Origin: Octopus vulgaris
Lineage: Eukaryota
Direction of reading: 5' to 3'
Assembly: GCA_951406725.2 (NCBI GenBank)
Contig: OX597824.1
Coordinates: 88,536,001 to 88,600,000 of the forward strand
Length of the DNA stretch: 64,000 bases
A model generated the notes under the pieces. The model did no database searches. It saw only the letters and a program-made list of their open reading frames with translations, and was not told where the DNA came from. Positions within the stretch are counted from its first letter, which is position 1. Every line of letters starts with the position of its first letter. Positions 13,945 to 64,000 of the stretch are shown in pieces. The position numbers and the translations under genes are program-made.

Positions 13945-14936
13945 CTTAACTGGTACTTATTCGATTGACCCCAAAAGGATGAAAACTGCAAAGTAAATCT
14001 GGTGATTTGAACTTAGAATGTAATGCTCAGAGAAATGTCGACTAGCATTGTATCCATTGTGCTAATGTCTCAACCAGTTCCCCCACTTCACATGCCAATT
14101 AATAGTACTTCTTCATTAGGCATCAAGACATTTTTAAGAAGAAATAAGTGATTATTTTTATCCAAACTCTGTGTTTTGGTTAGTCCACATTTCTCCATAA
14201 GGAGCATAGGATCAGTTTCCTTGTTTCTCTGGCATATATATCCCGCCACTCCCTGGACAGGCTGCCAGTCTATCACCGGATCACTCCCTTTTGCCAGCTG
14301 AGTGGACTGGAGTCACATGAAATGAAGTGTTTTGCTCAAGAACACAACACACTGCCTGGTCCAGGAATTGAAACCACAATCTTACAACCATGAGTCCAAC
14401 ACTCTAACCACTGAGTCATGTACCTCCACAAGCTCTGTATATTACTGGTACCAATTTCAGGAATTCCAGTGTTGTAAAAGGTAAAATTGGACCCAAAACT
14501 TAATAGCAAATCTTTGAAGTTTTGCTATAAAAAAAAAAAAATGTTTTTTAAATTTTGACCTGTCAGAACAGGATTAGATGTCACGTTGTTGAAATTCCTC
14601 AGCCATTTTAAATCTTTTTCTTTTTTTTAAAATTTCTTAGTTTTCACTTTAACAGACGTTTGTTTAAAATAACCCCTCTAGCATTAAATTTGGTATGAAA
14701 GCATATTTAGTCTTGCTGTTAAGTAATGTTTAGTTTAAAATTCTGAGAGCATGAGATCAGTAATCACGGCTTTGCTAGTTTTGACCTGTACTAGTTAGTC
14801 TTCAGCTGCAATGTAGCTGAAAATCCATGCTCTCTTGTTTATACTTAATAAATACCTCATGGAATTCTAAGATGACACTGTGGTACAGTTTCGAGGGGGG
14901 GAAAAGACTAAATATGTCTTATGTATTCAATTTAGT

Positions 14937-15605
14937 AGGGTTTTTTGTTTTGTTTTTTGTTTCATGTGTGTGTGTGTGTGTGTTGTGTGTATGGCAGTTT
15001 CTAAAAATTCATTGAGGTTGATGCAATCAGTTAGCCCCCTCTGCAAAATTTCAGGCCTTGTGTCTAGAGAATAGTGCTGAACCCTTAAAATACTCAGCCT
15101 CTTCCTAAATACTTAACAACAATACAAGTGACCAGTAATGGCATAAAAGACACCAATTTTAGCAATAGTACCTAGTCATGAAAAAAGATTTTAACATTTT
15201 AAAGCATATATATATATAGGTTCAATTTCACATATAGAACCCAGGGATTTTTGTTTCGTGTGTATGTATATATGTATGTATGGTGGTTTCTAAAAATTCA
15301 CTAATCATTTAGACCCTCTGCAAAATTTCAGGCTTTGTGTCTAGAGAATACAAGATTATTAGTTGAAGAAAGATGAGTTTTTATTCCATCAATAGTGCTG
15401 AACCCTTAAAATATTCAGCCTCTTCCTAAATACTTAACAACAATACAAGTGACCAGTGATGGTATAAAAGACACATGGGTATATTAGTTACACACCAATT
15501 TCAGTGCCTATTCATGAAAAAAAGATTTTAACATTTTAAAGCATATATATACAGGTTCAATTTCACATATAGAGCCTAGGGTTTTTTGTTTCGTGTGTTT
15601 TCTAA
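14937..15605. repeat. Local tandem duplication of about 300-350 bp, with a related copy at 18040-18172
   Basis: gtgctgaacccttaaaatactcagcctcttcctaaatacttaacaacaataca occurs at about 15074, 15395 and 18121. Confidence 0.85.
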
Positions 15606-16034
15606 AAAATTCTGTCAGGTCTGATTACTATTAACCTAAATAGCTTGATAAACAGTTTCTTTGATTTATACTCAACCCAAATGTTCAATTTATGCTAGCA
15701 AAGTCATTATGATCATTTAACATGTGTTTTTCTTGCTGATATGGGTTGGATGGTTTGACAGGATTTTGCAAGCAGCAGGGACGCATTGAGTGCCAACATC
15801 AGGTTTGACATGGATTCTTTATGACAATGCCCTTCTTAATGGCAACCTCTTTACAGTGCTTGCTAGGTGCCTTCTTTGGGCCACTAACTTGCAAGACAGG
15901 AAAAGAACAGGAAGAAGCCCTTTAACTAAGGGGCTAATGTCCGAGAGGGAAGTGGCTTTATGCTAAACAGATAGGGTATTACTAGCCTCCTCACAACAAA
16001 ATAGGCAAGACCAGGTTAAATTTTTTGTGTTCAG

Positions 16035-16441
16035 TTTTACTCTTTTACTTGTTTCAGTCATTTAACTGTGGCCATGCTGGAGCACCGCCTTTAGTCGAGC
16101 AAATCGACCCCAGGACTTATTCTTTGGAAGTCTAGTACTTATTCTATCGGTCTTTTTTTCTGAACCGCTAAGTTACAGGGACGTAAACACACCCAGCATC
16201 GATTGTCAAGCGATGTTGGGGGGACAAACACAGACACGAAAACGTACACACACACACACATACATATATATATATACGATAGGGCTTCTTTTAGTTTCTG
16301 TCTACCAAATCCACTCACAAAGCTTTGGTTGGCCCGAGGCTATAGTAGAAGGCACTTGCCCAAGGTGCCACGCAGGGGAACTGAACCCGGAACCATGTGG
16401 TTGGTAAGCAAGCTACTTACCACACAGCCACTCCTACGCCT
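16035..16441 (-). mobile_element. SINE-A
   Basis: Full-length copy. Confidence 0.85.
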
Positions 16442-16985
16442 GTGTTTTGCAAATTTTTTTACAGCAAATTTGTCCACTCTTAATATTCTGATTAACTAAA
16501 TAGTAAAATAGTAATCAAAAAAAAAAAAATTTATAGTTATTATTTGGGATGTGGATGAAAAACTAGAGTACAAAGCAAAATGCCTTGAAATATTTTGTTT
16601 AAACTTTTTTACATTTTGGATTCAAATTCCAGTACACTTTGCCTTTCTGTTTGATGAATTTTGGCCTTCTAATGTAATTTATAACATTTGTCGATTGTGA
16701 TGCATTGTTATTTAGGCTAATAGACAATACCTATTGGCTTTGCATCCTTTTTTGATTCTTGTAATTGATATTCAGCTTATACAAATTGGTGTATGGAAGG
16801 AAATATCAGGAGAGAGAGAGAGAGGCTGTTGTTAGGAGAGGCAAAGTATGAGTGCACAACCCAGACAAAAAAAATCACCAAGCTGTTGATAGTGTCCAGA
16901 ATGGCTGTGGATGAGAGTGGTGTACAGTTGGCTAGTATAGAGAAGCAGAGGTCATTTTAATATTCTCTTCAACATTTAAGTTTAA

Positions 16986-17036
16986 TTTGTCAAAATATTT
17001 TCGCCGCTTTAAGACCGCGACCTGTTCACTGACAAA
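16986..17036 (-). ncRNA. Minimal type I hammerhead ribozyme-like motif, G3-C8 variant
   Basis: Minus strand: UUUGUCA GUGAACA G GUCGC-loop-GCGGC GAA AAUAUU U UGACAAA. Perfect 7-bp stem I, 5-bp stem II, palindromic stem III. Confidence 0.6.
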
Positions 17037-17051
17037 AATCCGTGCTGCATT

Positions 17052-17102
17052 TTTGCCAGTGAACAGGTTGCGGTCTTAAAGCGACGAAAATATTTTGACA
17101 AA
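17052..17102 (+). ncRNA. Minimal hammerhead-like motif, G3-C8 variant (sense copy)
   Basis: UUUGCCA GUGAACA G GUUGC-loop-GCGAC GAA AAUAUU U UGACAAA; one stem I mismatch. Confidence 0.55.
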
Positions 17103-17464
17103 TTAAACTTAAATGTTGAAGTGAATCGAACGGTTTTTGTGTGTTTCTTAAATGGCTTACAAACACCTTCCACGCTGTAATTGTTTTTGTTTCAGCACAC
17201 GATCTCAGATCAAATCACTTGCTATGCAAGTACATCTCCATAATTATTCTAATATTAAATTAATATAATTTACTTTGTCATGAATATTACCTGGTTAGTA
17301 TTTCATTACATGATCTATTTTTAACCATCTCTTATATAAAACTTTTGTTTTTACCTGTATTAATACTTAATTATAATTGTCATTTTAAGACAAAAAATGG
17401 TGCTGTTTGAACATTAAGGAACATGCTATATGTTTGAAAATGTTTTTCTTTCAGAAGAGTCCAG

Positions 17465-55884
<38,420 letters not shown>

Positions 55885-58556
55885 TTAGTTTGGCTTTTGC
55901 GAGAACCTCCCCTCTGAAAAGAAATGCTAAATTCTAATGCTTGTTTGAATGCATTCATTGCTGAGTTGTGAATACCAGCTATAGATTGCTACATTTAATG
56001 AGCAAACCAAAGTTAATGTATTTTTGTACCACATCTGACATATTTACATATCTAGTTTTCTGACGAGAACAAAACAAACCAGGTAAAGGTCGTGGTAGGA
56101 AACCATTTACAAAACGAAATAACCATGCTCGATATTTTTCTTAAATTTTTTTTTTTTTTCAAAGAAGTAAAAAGAGATGCAAACTAAAACGAAATCTATT
56201 ATTTTGAGTAAAGCGGTATTAATGTATTTCAAACACTGTCCGAGACGACACCTAGTATTAATTCCATTATTTGAGAGATTTCTAAATATGTAATCCCCAT
56301 GTTTTTAAATGTTGGGTATATCTTCTTTTTCCTAAAAATATACATGGTTCTGAGCATAGCGTTCTGTGGGGAAGAAAATGGTTCTATACTGTGAATAGTT
56401 ACATCTAAGGAAGTGTAAACTGGAAAGGCCAACATATTTGCCAACTGGAACTATAATGAAATTTTATATTCTGAGAAACATTTTGTTTCCATCTCGACTT
56501 TTTATATTATTTTTATACTAATTGATATGAAAACATATAATTTTTTTTTATTTCACTCCTTGCATTTCATATTTCCTTCATTAAGCAAGAGTAACGAGTA
56601 CGTAAAGAATATTACTTTTAAATTGCCCACATACACATTTTTTCGATTAAAAACACTGATCGAATATAATATTCCCTTTTCTATTTAATAGTCGTTTCAT
56701 TAATAAATATTTACATTTCTATTTGAATATGCAAGATAAATTTTTATCACAATTTTATGAAAGCTATTTAAATATTTCTGGAAATCAATCTATTGTCTTG
56801 TGCCTTTGACGAAAAAATAATCTCTGCTTTTTAAGCAGACAAACTTTTCTAAGCAAAAATAGTAATTAAAAAGCTACAATAGACTAAAGCCTAAAATTTT
56901 ACATTTTAGAATCTTTCTTCAGATTTTTATATTGAAATCTCTCTATATATATATGTATATATATATATGTAAAATCCACAACCTACGTAATATAATTTAC
57001 AACAAAGTTTTCTTTGTAATTCCAGCTAAGCAATACTTTATACTTTTCATCCATCACTACGCACACACACAAACACAAACGCACCCTCTTTCTCTTGCTC
57101 CCATAATTGTAACTGTGCTGATAAACTAGCATACAGTCATTCCATCTATAATAATATCCTACCAACATTTCAAAACCTTTATAACTGATTACTTGCACCC
57201 CATCAGATCTTTCTGAAGCCTTATTATAACTGGTAATTTGCACACCACTAGAATCTTTATATATTTCCCTGATTTAGAAAGAAAATGCAAAGTAGAAAAG
57301 CGTGGACAGACAAATGCGCACAAACTTACGTATGCACACAAACATGTGCAGTGATATATAGATGCACATCGTATGGATGCTACAAGGAATATTCCAGTTG
57401 TTTGATCAGCTGAACTACTTATTAAATTCTAGTGTGAGTGGCCGAGTATTCCACAGACACTAGTAGCCTTACCATAATCCTCAGGTAGAATTAGTGTGAG
57501 AGTGTGTGGCCAGGCTGGCCTGTTATATTATTACAGGTGAAGTTCATTTGGTAGGCTTCCACACAGTTTCCGTCTACCCAGTTTTGTCTACAAGGCTTGG
57601 GTTCACTCGAGACTATGATAAAAAGACACTTGTCCAAAAATGACACACATTGAGATTGAACCTGAGTCGTCCATCATCATTGAGAAACTAACTCCTTAAC
57701 CACTCAGCCATGCTTGTGGTCACACGCTTATTTTAGAAAAGACTTACACATTTATAATGTACAAAATCTCTTTTTTCAAATTTGTTTGAATAATCTTTTT
57801 TCTGTAGATTCCTGCAGACTCAAAGCATTAAACTCCTGTAGATAAATTCTATAAATATTTTCAGACCCGACTTAATCTTTTGAAAAAAGTACTTTATATT
57901 AGTGTTATGTAGATGAAAGATCTAGCAGTTATTATTTATAGCTGCTAGCCATCTTAACTGTCATAACTGAATGTAAACTGACTTTTTTTTTTAATTTTTT
58001 TTTTTTACAAACTATTATATTATATTTAATTATTCTATTCAATATAAACCCTTTCAACAACTGCTAATGAATCATTCAAACCTGTGAGCAGAAAACTTTT
58101 CTGACAATATTCTAAACCATTTTTGTAAATATTTACATGGAATTTTGTTTAAAGCATTCTAAAAGTCATTAGCAAAAAAAAGGAAGAAAAATCTTAGAAA
58201 GATGAATAACTCGAAGAAGTTGAAGACTTTAGTGATTTGGTTTCGGTAGCATTAATCATATCCCCTAAAGGACATGATCAAACCATCAAACACCCATTAA
58301 TACAGATTTCAATTTTTTTTTTTTTTTCAATTATACATCATTGTGAAAGGGAAAAAAACTATATATTGCCTTACGTTTTTTTTTTTTATATATACAAAAC
58401 ATATACTGTGTATAATTCTGACTTTTTAATATTTTTATGAAAGAACTTGAACAATCATAACATTCAACCATTTGGAATGGAATTTCCAACACAGATAAGC
58501 GTGAGGATTAATTATTTGGATCCTAGTTTATTATCTCTTTGGATAAATCAATAGGC

Positions 58557-58586
58557 TACAAACACACACACACATACATACACACA

Positions 58587-58627
<41 letters not shown>

Positions 58628-58694
58628 TATCAAAAAGTTATTCAAATGTCTCCACAAAATATATTCTAAATATCTAGTTGAATTATTATTATTA

Positions 58695-58752
<58 letters not shown>
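58557..58752. repeat. (CA)n and (ATT)n microsatellites
   Basis: Visible runs at 58561-58624 and 58682-58751. Confidence 0.95.
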
Positions 58753-59900
58753 CAAGGTGGCAAGCTGGCAGAATTGTTAGCATGCTGGGCAAAATGTTTA
58801 GCATCATTTCGTTCATTCTTAGATTCTGAGTTCAAATTCCACTGAGGTCAACTTCGCCTTTCATCCCTTTTAGGGTCAATAAAATAAGTATCAGTTGAGC
58901 ATTGGGGGGTCAATGTAATCGACTTGCCCCTCTCCCTCCCCAAACTTACTGGCCTTGTGCCAAAATTTGAAACCATTATTATTATTATTATTATTATTAT
59001 TAATAATAATAATGTGTGAAACTGGCAGAATTGTTAGCACACTGGACATTTAGCAGCATTTCTTCTGGCTTAACATCCTCGGTTCAAATCCTGCCGGGGA
59101 CAAACTTGCCTTTCATATATTTAGGGCTGATAAGATATCAGTTAAGCACTGGGGTCGATGTAATTGATTAATCCCTTTCCCCAAAATTTCAGGCTTTGTG
59201 CCTATAATAGAAAGAACTACTACTACTACTACTACAGTAGTGTATTGACAGAATTGTTAAGGCATTGGCAAAAATTCCTTGCAGTATTTTTTTTTTCTGG
59301 TTCTTTTATTTTCTGGGGTTCAAATCCTGCTAAAGTCAATTATGCCTTTCCTCCTTTTGGGATCAATATAATCAAATACCAGAGTCGATGTAATTGGTTA
59401 ACCCCTCCTCCCCTCAAAAATTGCTGGCCCTGTGCCTAAACTAGAAACCATTATTACTACTGAGCAACAAGCTGGCAGAGTCGTTAACAAGCCAGGCAAA
59501 ATGCTTAGCAGTATTTTGCCCATTTTTACATTCTGAGTTCAAATTCCACTGAGGTTGACTTTGCCATTCATCTTTTTGGGGTTGATTAAAAATAAGTGCC
59601 AATTGAGTACTGGAGGTCGATGTTATCAACTAAACCCCATACCCCAAAACTTTCAGGCCTTCTGCCCACAGTAGAAATGATTGTGGTTATTGTTATCAGA
59701 GTGATAGAGTGATAAAAACACATCCCTGGACTAGAATTCTTGTGCTATTTTACATTGAGTTTGAATTCTGCCAGGATCAAAAACATTGCCTTTTATTCAT
59801 CCAGGAGTCACTAAAATGTGTATCAGATATGTTCTGAGATGGACCCAATGTATCAAAGCATTTCCCTAAAATCTATCTGGCCTTGTGACAATGTTAAAAA
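58753..59900 (+). mobile_element. Head-to-tail cluster of about 5 diverged SINE-B copies separated by (ATT)n/(ACT)n
   Basis: Repeated ctggcagaattgttagca ... ggccttgtgcc units. Confidence 0.7.
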
Positions 59901-60077
59901 TCATTATGGTCCTTTCCAAGGAATGTTTTTTTATCAATTTTGATAGATTTTCTTTTTAAAATTCAAATTCACTCTATTTCAGTATATAATTTTCACTATA
60001 AGAGAGTACAGAGCACACCTTAAATATTTATACACTAAACTAAGTTAGGCTTAATATATTTAAAATCATTCAACATA

Positions 60078-60599
60078 TACTGTAAATCCTCAAGTATAAT
60101 CTGCATTTTTTCCCCAAAATTTAAAGGTCAAAATCCCTAGTGTGTACTATATACGAGGTTAAAAATGAAAATATTTTCTAAGCAATGTCCGAGTCTCTAT
60201 TTGCTGTCCGGCAATGTTTATTCAAACGCATTTTGGGATGTCGGGTGCGAAAATACCTTAAGCCTGAAAGCAATGAAGTCATAAAAGAATCATCCATAAC
60301 TTGCAGTAAGCAACATTTATTAAAATAAAAGTATTCAGAACACAGAATAACATGTAACAAAAACAATTTGCAAACATATTTACATTCCCATATAACGGTT
60401 AAGAACATCACTATTATTGTATTACGCATGTGCGGAAGTGTTTGTTCGACTAGGTGCTGCTGGCTTAATTACACACGACTCAATTTAGGGAAGGGGTGCG
60501 TATTATACACAAGGTTTAGGTGTTTCAGAAGTACGCCTCCACCTAAAAATCCCCTGCGTATTATACTCAAGGGCGGACTATACTCGAGGATTTATGGTA
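60078..60599. mobile_element. pogo/Tigger-like MITE
   Basis: TA|CTGTAAATCCTCAAGTATA ... TATACTCGAGGATTTATGG|TA. Confidence 0.7.
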
Positions 60600-61339
60600 G
60601 TTAACCTATTCATGAAGCAATTAAACATTTTTTTTATTTTGGAGGATTAGAGAGAAGCTGAAAAATTTATGATTCAAAATCAAGATCTAAAGTACTCGTA
60701 GTTTTAGTTGGTTTTTTTTTTTTCTTTCTCCCCCCACCCCCATGTTCACATACTCCGAGTTGCAGATCAAACATGTATATTCTGATGACTAAACTCTATA
60801 TTATCGTAAAACATATTTTTGACTGCTGCTCTCCTAAAGCCATCAAATATTGCCATTATTAGTTTGGCTGCCTATCATTTATAGGAATAGCAATAATAAA
60901 CTGCTTGCTACTATTTGTAAATAAAATATATTTCTTTAGGAATAAAAATAAACAAATACAATCATATTTTTAGACTGAACTAATTTCAAATAAAAACAAA
61001 AAAAAAAACAGAAGCTTATCCTCTTCAGCTAAACATTTTGTTAGCAATATAATATTGTTGCAACGTGTCGGCAATATAGTGCTGCAATCATCACATTAAA
61101 GAAACGAATAAAGTTTTTTTTAAGAAAAAAAAGAAATCTGTCTTATGTATTTTTTCTCTTTTATTTTCAAGAACGATAAATTTATTTTGAAAGACTTTTT
61201 TTCTTGTAACGTTAACCTTTCCATTTTAGCCATTTTTCACCAAGTAGCTTATGATTATATGAGCTCAAGTTGTCCTACAGTGACCACTGTTAGTTTAAAA
61301 CTAGTAGAGTTTTTTAAAATTTGTATAATTTTATGGATT

Positions 61340-61739
61340 ACCAGCAGTATCGCCCAGCGTTGCTCGGGTTTATTTTGACCCTTTAGAATTGGAATTTTTG
61401 AAAAGTAAAAATTTTCCATTATGTAGCTTGTTATTCTCTTTAAGTGAACATTTTTTCTGGTTGAAATACACAGAAAAATGGCGACACAGCAGTGAAAAAA
61501 TCGTAAAAAATAGGGATTTTCATAGAAAAAAAAGCACCTTTTTGATGTAAATAATTTTTGGTGTTAACATGGTCCGATTTGAATTTTTTCTTCTACGGAA
61601 TGAAGAGCAAGCCTTCTTCTATCATACTCTCAATTTGGGTCAACTTGTGTTGCAGGGTCTCAAAGGAGATAGTGTTAGTTGAAGGCTACCAAACCTGCCA
61701 CACACACATAGACAACTTCAGCTTTATATATATAGAGAT
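61340..61739 (-). mobile_element. Non-autonomous Helitron H1
   Basis: Same body and ends as the other H1 copies (CTGG variant of the 3' end). Confidence 0.72.
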
Positions 61740-62844
61740 AAACTAAAACAAAGTACCCAGTATATGCTGTAAAGTGGTTGGCATTAAGAAGGGTATCCAG
61801 CCATAGAAACCAAGCCAAAGCAGACACACTATGTGGACCCGAGGCTCAGTTTTCAGACCTTCATATGGACATGTTTGGTGCTTTGTGAGTGCCATGCCCA
61901 TTTACTTCAAAGTGCTTGAGATGTTAACAATTACCAACAGCTTTTGTCTGTACAAGTCCAGTCTGCTTGTTATCGTCAACTGTAGTCATTTGCTATTTGG
62001 CCTCTGACTGTCTAAAGAATTCTGTCTTCTCTTGAAGACATTTTTGCAAGCCTGTCACTTCTAAAGCAATCATAGCTACCATGCCTCTGTAGGTGGGAGC
62101 CAAGAAGGTTTTTTAAATGAATTGACCAATTTTCTAAAAACTTCTTAGCTGATCCCCTTTTGATTCTAATTGATGACCCAGAATTTTTGCCTGATAGGTC
62201 TTTGATGGATTTCCAGGCAAGATGGTGTTTTTTACTAATGTGCTCTTTGGATAGTTTGCTAATTTTGCCATTGATAAAGTTTGATAAATTTTGCCGTTGG
62301 ACGTTATCAAAGAAGCTTGAGAGGCGGTTGGATAGAACTTACATGGCCTTTAAACTCTAGTGTTTGACCCGAGCAAAAATAATTTGTTTTACACCTATTA
62401 CACTATTTATTTTATTTTTATTTTTATTTTTGCTCGGGTCAAACCCTTTAGTTTGACCACATTTTCAATGTGTGAATTAATTGATTCGCTTCTATTTCAA
62501 TTAATAAAAATCTGTCATTAGTCTATAGTAGTAAAAACGAATTGGAGTGTTCGTTTGGCTTTCTGGTCCATAGATTCATACCCCTGGATGTCTCCCTCTA
62601 CACAGAACACAAATATGGAACCAAAGTAGCACCATGTTCCTGTACAACTCTGGTCCACCGGCATAAATTCAGACCTGTAAAATGCAAACTTACAAATATA
62701 ACAATGAAAGAAGCTGGATACAGGGTAAAAAATTATATTTAACAGATTCAAAAATTGGATGACAGCCTAGGAGAAGAATTATCATTTTTGGAATTCCTTG
62801 AATCCATTCTCCAAGAAGAAATATTTCTTTTCTTTTCTTTTTTT

Positions 62845-63046
62845 CCTTTTTACTTGTTTCAGTCATTTGACTGTGGCCATGCTGGAGCGCCGCCTTTAGT
62901 CGAGCAAATCAACTCCAAGATTTATTCTTTGTAAGCCTAGTACTTATTCTATCAGTCCTTTTTGCAGAACTGCTAAGTTACAGAGACGTAAACACACCAG
63001 CATCGGTTGTCACGCGATGTTGGGGGGGGGGGGGCACAAGCATATG

Positions 63047-63082
<36 letters not shown>

Positions 63083-63715
63083 CGACGGCCTTCTTTCAGT
63101 TTCCGTCTATCAAATCCACTCACAAGGCTTTGGTTGGCCCAAAGCTGCCAAGCAGTGGGACTGAACCCGGAACCATGTGGCTGGTAAGCAAGCCACTTAC
63201 CACACAGCCACTCCTGCCACTACGTTCTGAGTTCAAATTCCGCCGAGGTCGACTTTGCCTTTCATCCTTTCGGGGTCGATTAAACAAGTACCAGTTACGC
63301 ACTGGCGTCGATATACTCGACTTAATCCGTTCGTCTGTCCTTGTTTGTCCTCTCTGTGTTTGGCCCCTTGTGGGTAGTAAAGAAATAGGTATTTCGTCTG
63401 CTGCTACGTTCTGAGTTCAAATTCCGCCGAGGTCGACTTTGCCCTTCATCCTTTCGGGGGGTCGATTAAATAAGTACCAGTTACGCAATGGGGTCGATAT
63501 AATAGACTTAATCCGTTTATTTGTCCTTGTTTGTCCTCTCTGTGTTTAGCCCCTTTCGTCTGTCTTTACGTTCTGGGTTCAAATTCCGCTGAGGTCGACT
63601 TTGCCCTTCATTCTTTCGGAGTCGATAAATTAAGTACCAGTTGCGTTCTGAGGTCGATCTAATCGACTGGACCCCTCCCCCGAAATTTCGTGCCTTGTGC
63701 CTAGAGTAGAAAAGA
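62845..63715. mobile_element. SINE-A(-) 62845-63218 fused head-to-head with three tandem SINE-B(+) units
   Basis: Junction cagccactcctgcc|actacgttctgagttcaaattccgccgagg. Confidence 0.8.
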
Positions 63716-64000
63716 ATATAAACTTCTATTCACAGCAGTATTCTTCCAGTATGTGTATGAAGGGAAATAACTCCATATTTTAAGAATTTGCTCACCGCTG
63801 CGATATTGCGAACGATATTAGAATATCACAGGTAAAAAATTGCAAGACAGATTTTTCAAGCCAAGCCAACTGACAGGGGACATAAGAGTGCACAAGTACA
63901 AAATGGTTAACAAATATCTGTAGTCTCAGTTGCTCGTTCTTAGAAATCCAGCCGGAAAATGTAAGGACGGTTGCTTCTGGTAGGACCCTGTGGAGGAGGT

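Larger units (their letters stand above)
16962..17240. mobile_element. Penelope-like element terminus with inverted (tail-to-tail) arms
   Basis: Inverted repeat of about 78 bp (16962-17039 / 17049-17126) with a hammerhead motif in each arm, plus about 110 bp of extra element sequence. Inverted pLTRs with minimal hammerheads are established PLE features. Confidence 0.55.
55885..60960 (+). other. Candidate long AU-rich 3' UTR of PAK (end uncertain)
   Basis: Largely unique AU-rich sequence for about 2.5 kb after the stop. AATAAA near 56702 and a cluster of AATAAA at about 60895-60952. No transcript data. Confidence 0.3.

Noticed and set aside
58539-58829. Poly-Leu / poly-Asn ORFs
   Set aside because: Translations of (ATT)n and (CA)n microsatellites.

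Overview
AT-rich, repeat-dense eukaryotic DNA. The SINE and microsatellite landscape suggests an octopus (inferred from remembered repeat families, not from a search). It holds one protein-coding gene on the + strand: a group II p21-activated kinase (PAK4/5/6; Drosophila mbt-like). I can splice 9 GT-AG coding exons from 17465 to 55884 into a 1776-nt frame (591 aa), with a CRIB/GBD, a pseudosubstrate motif and a complete kinase domain. Introns and flanks carry at least four SINE-like families, RTE and CR1 LINE 3' fragments, TTAA/CCC piggyBac-type MITEs, hAT and Tc1/pogo remnants, and seven co-oriented non-autonomous Helitrons. The main find is several short elements, some with long inverted arms, that resemble Penelope-like element (PLE) termini. 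Each folds into a minimal type I hammerhead ribozyme with a non-canonical core (G3-C8, U3-A8, or C3-G8 with U4C). The 3-8 tertiary pair co-varies across unrelated families within this one locus. Almost all ORFs in the supplied track are repeat-derived and spurious.
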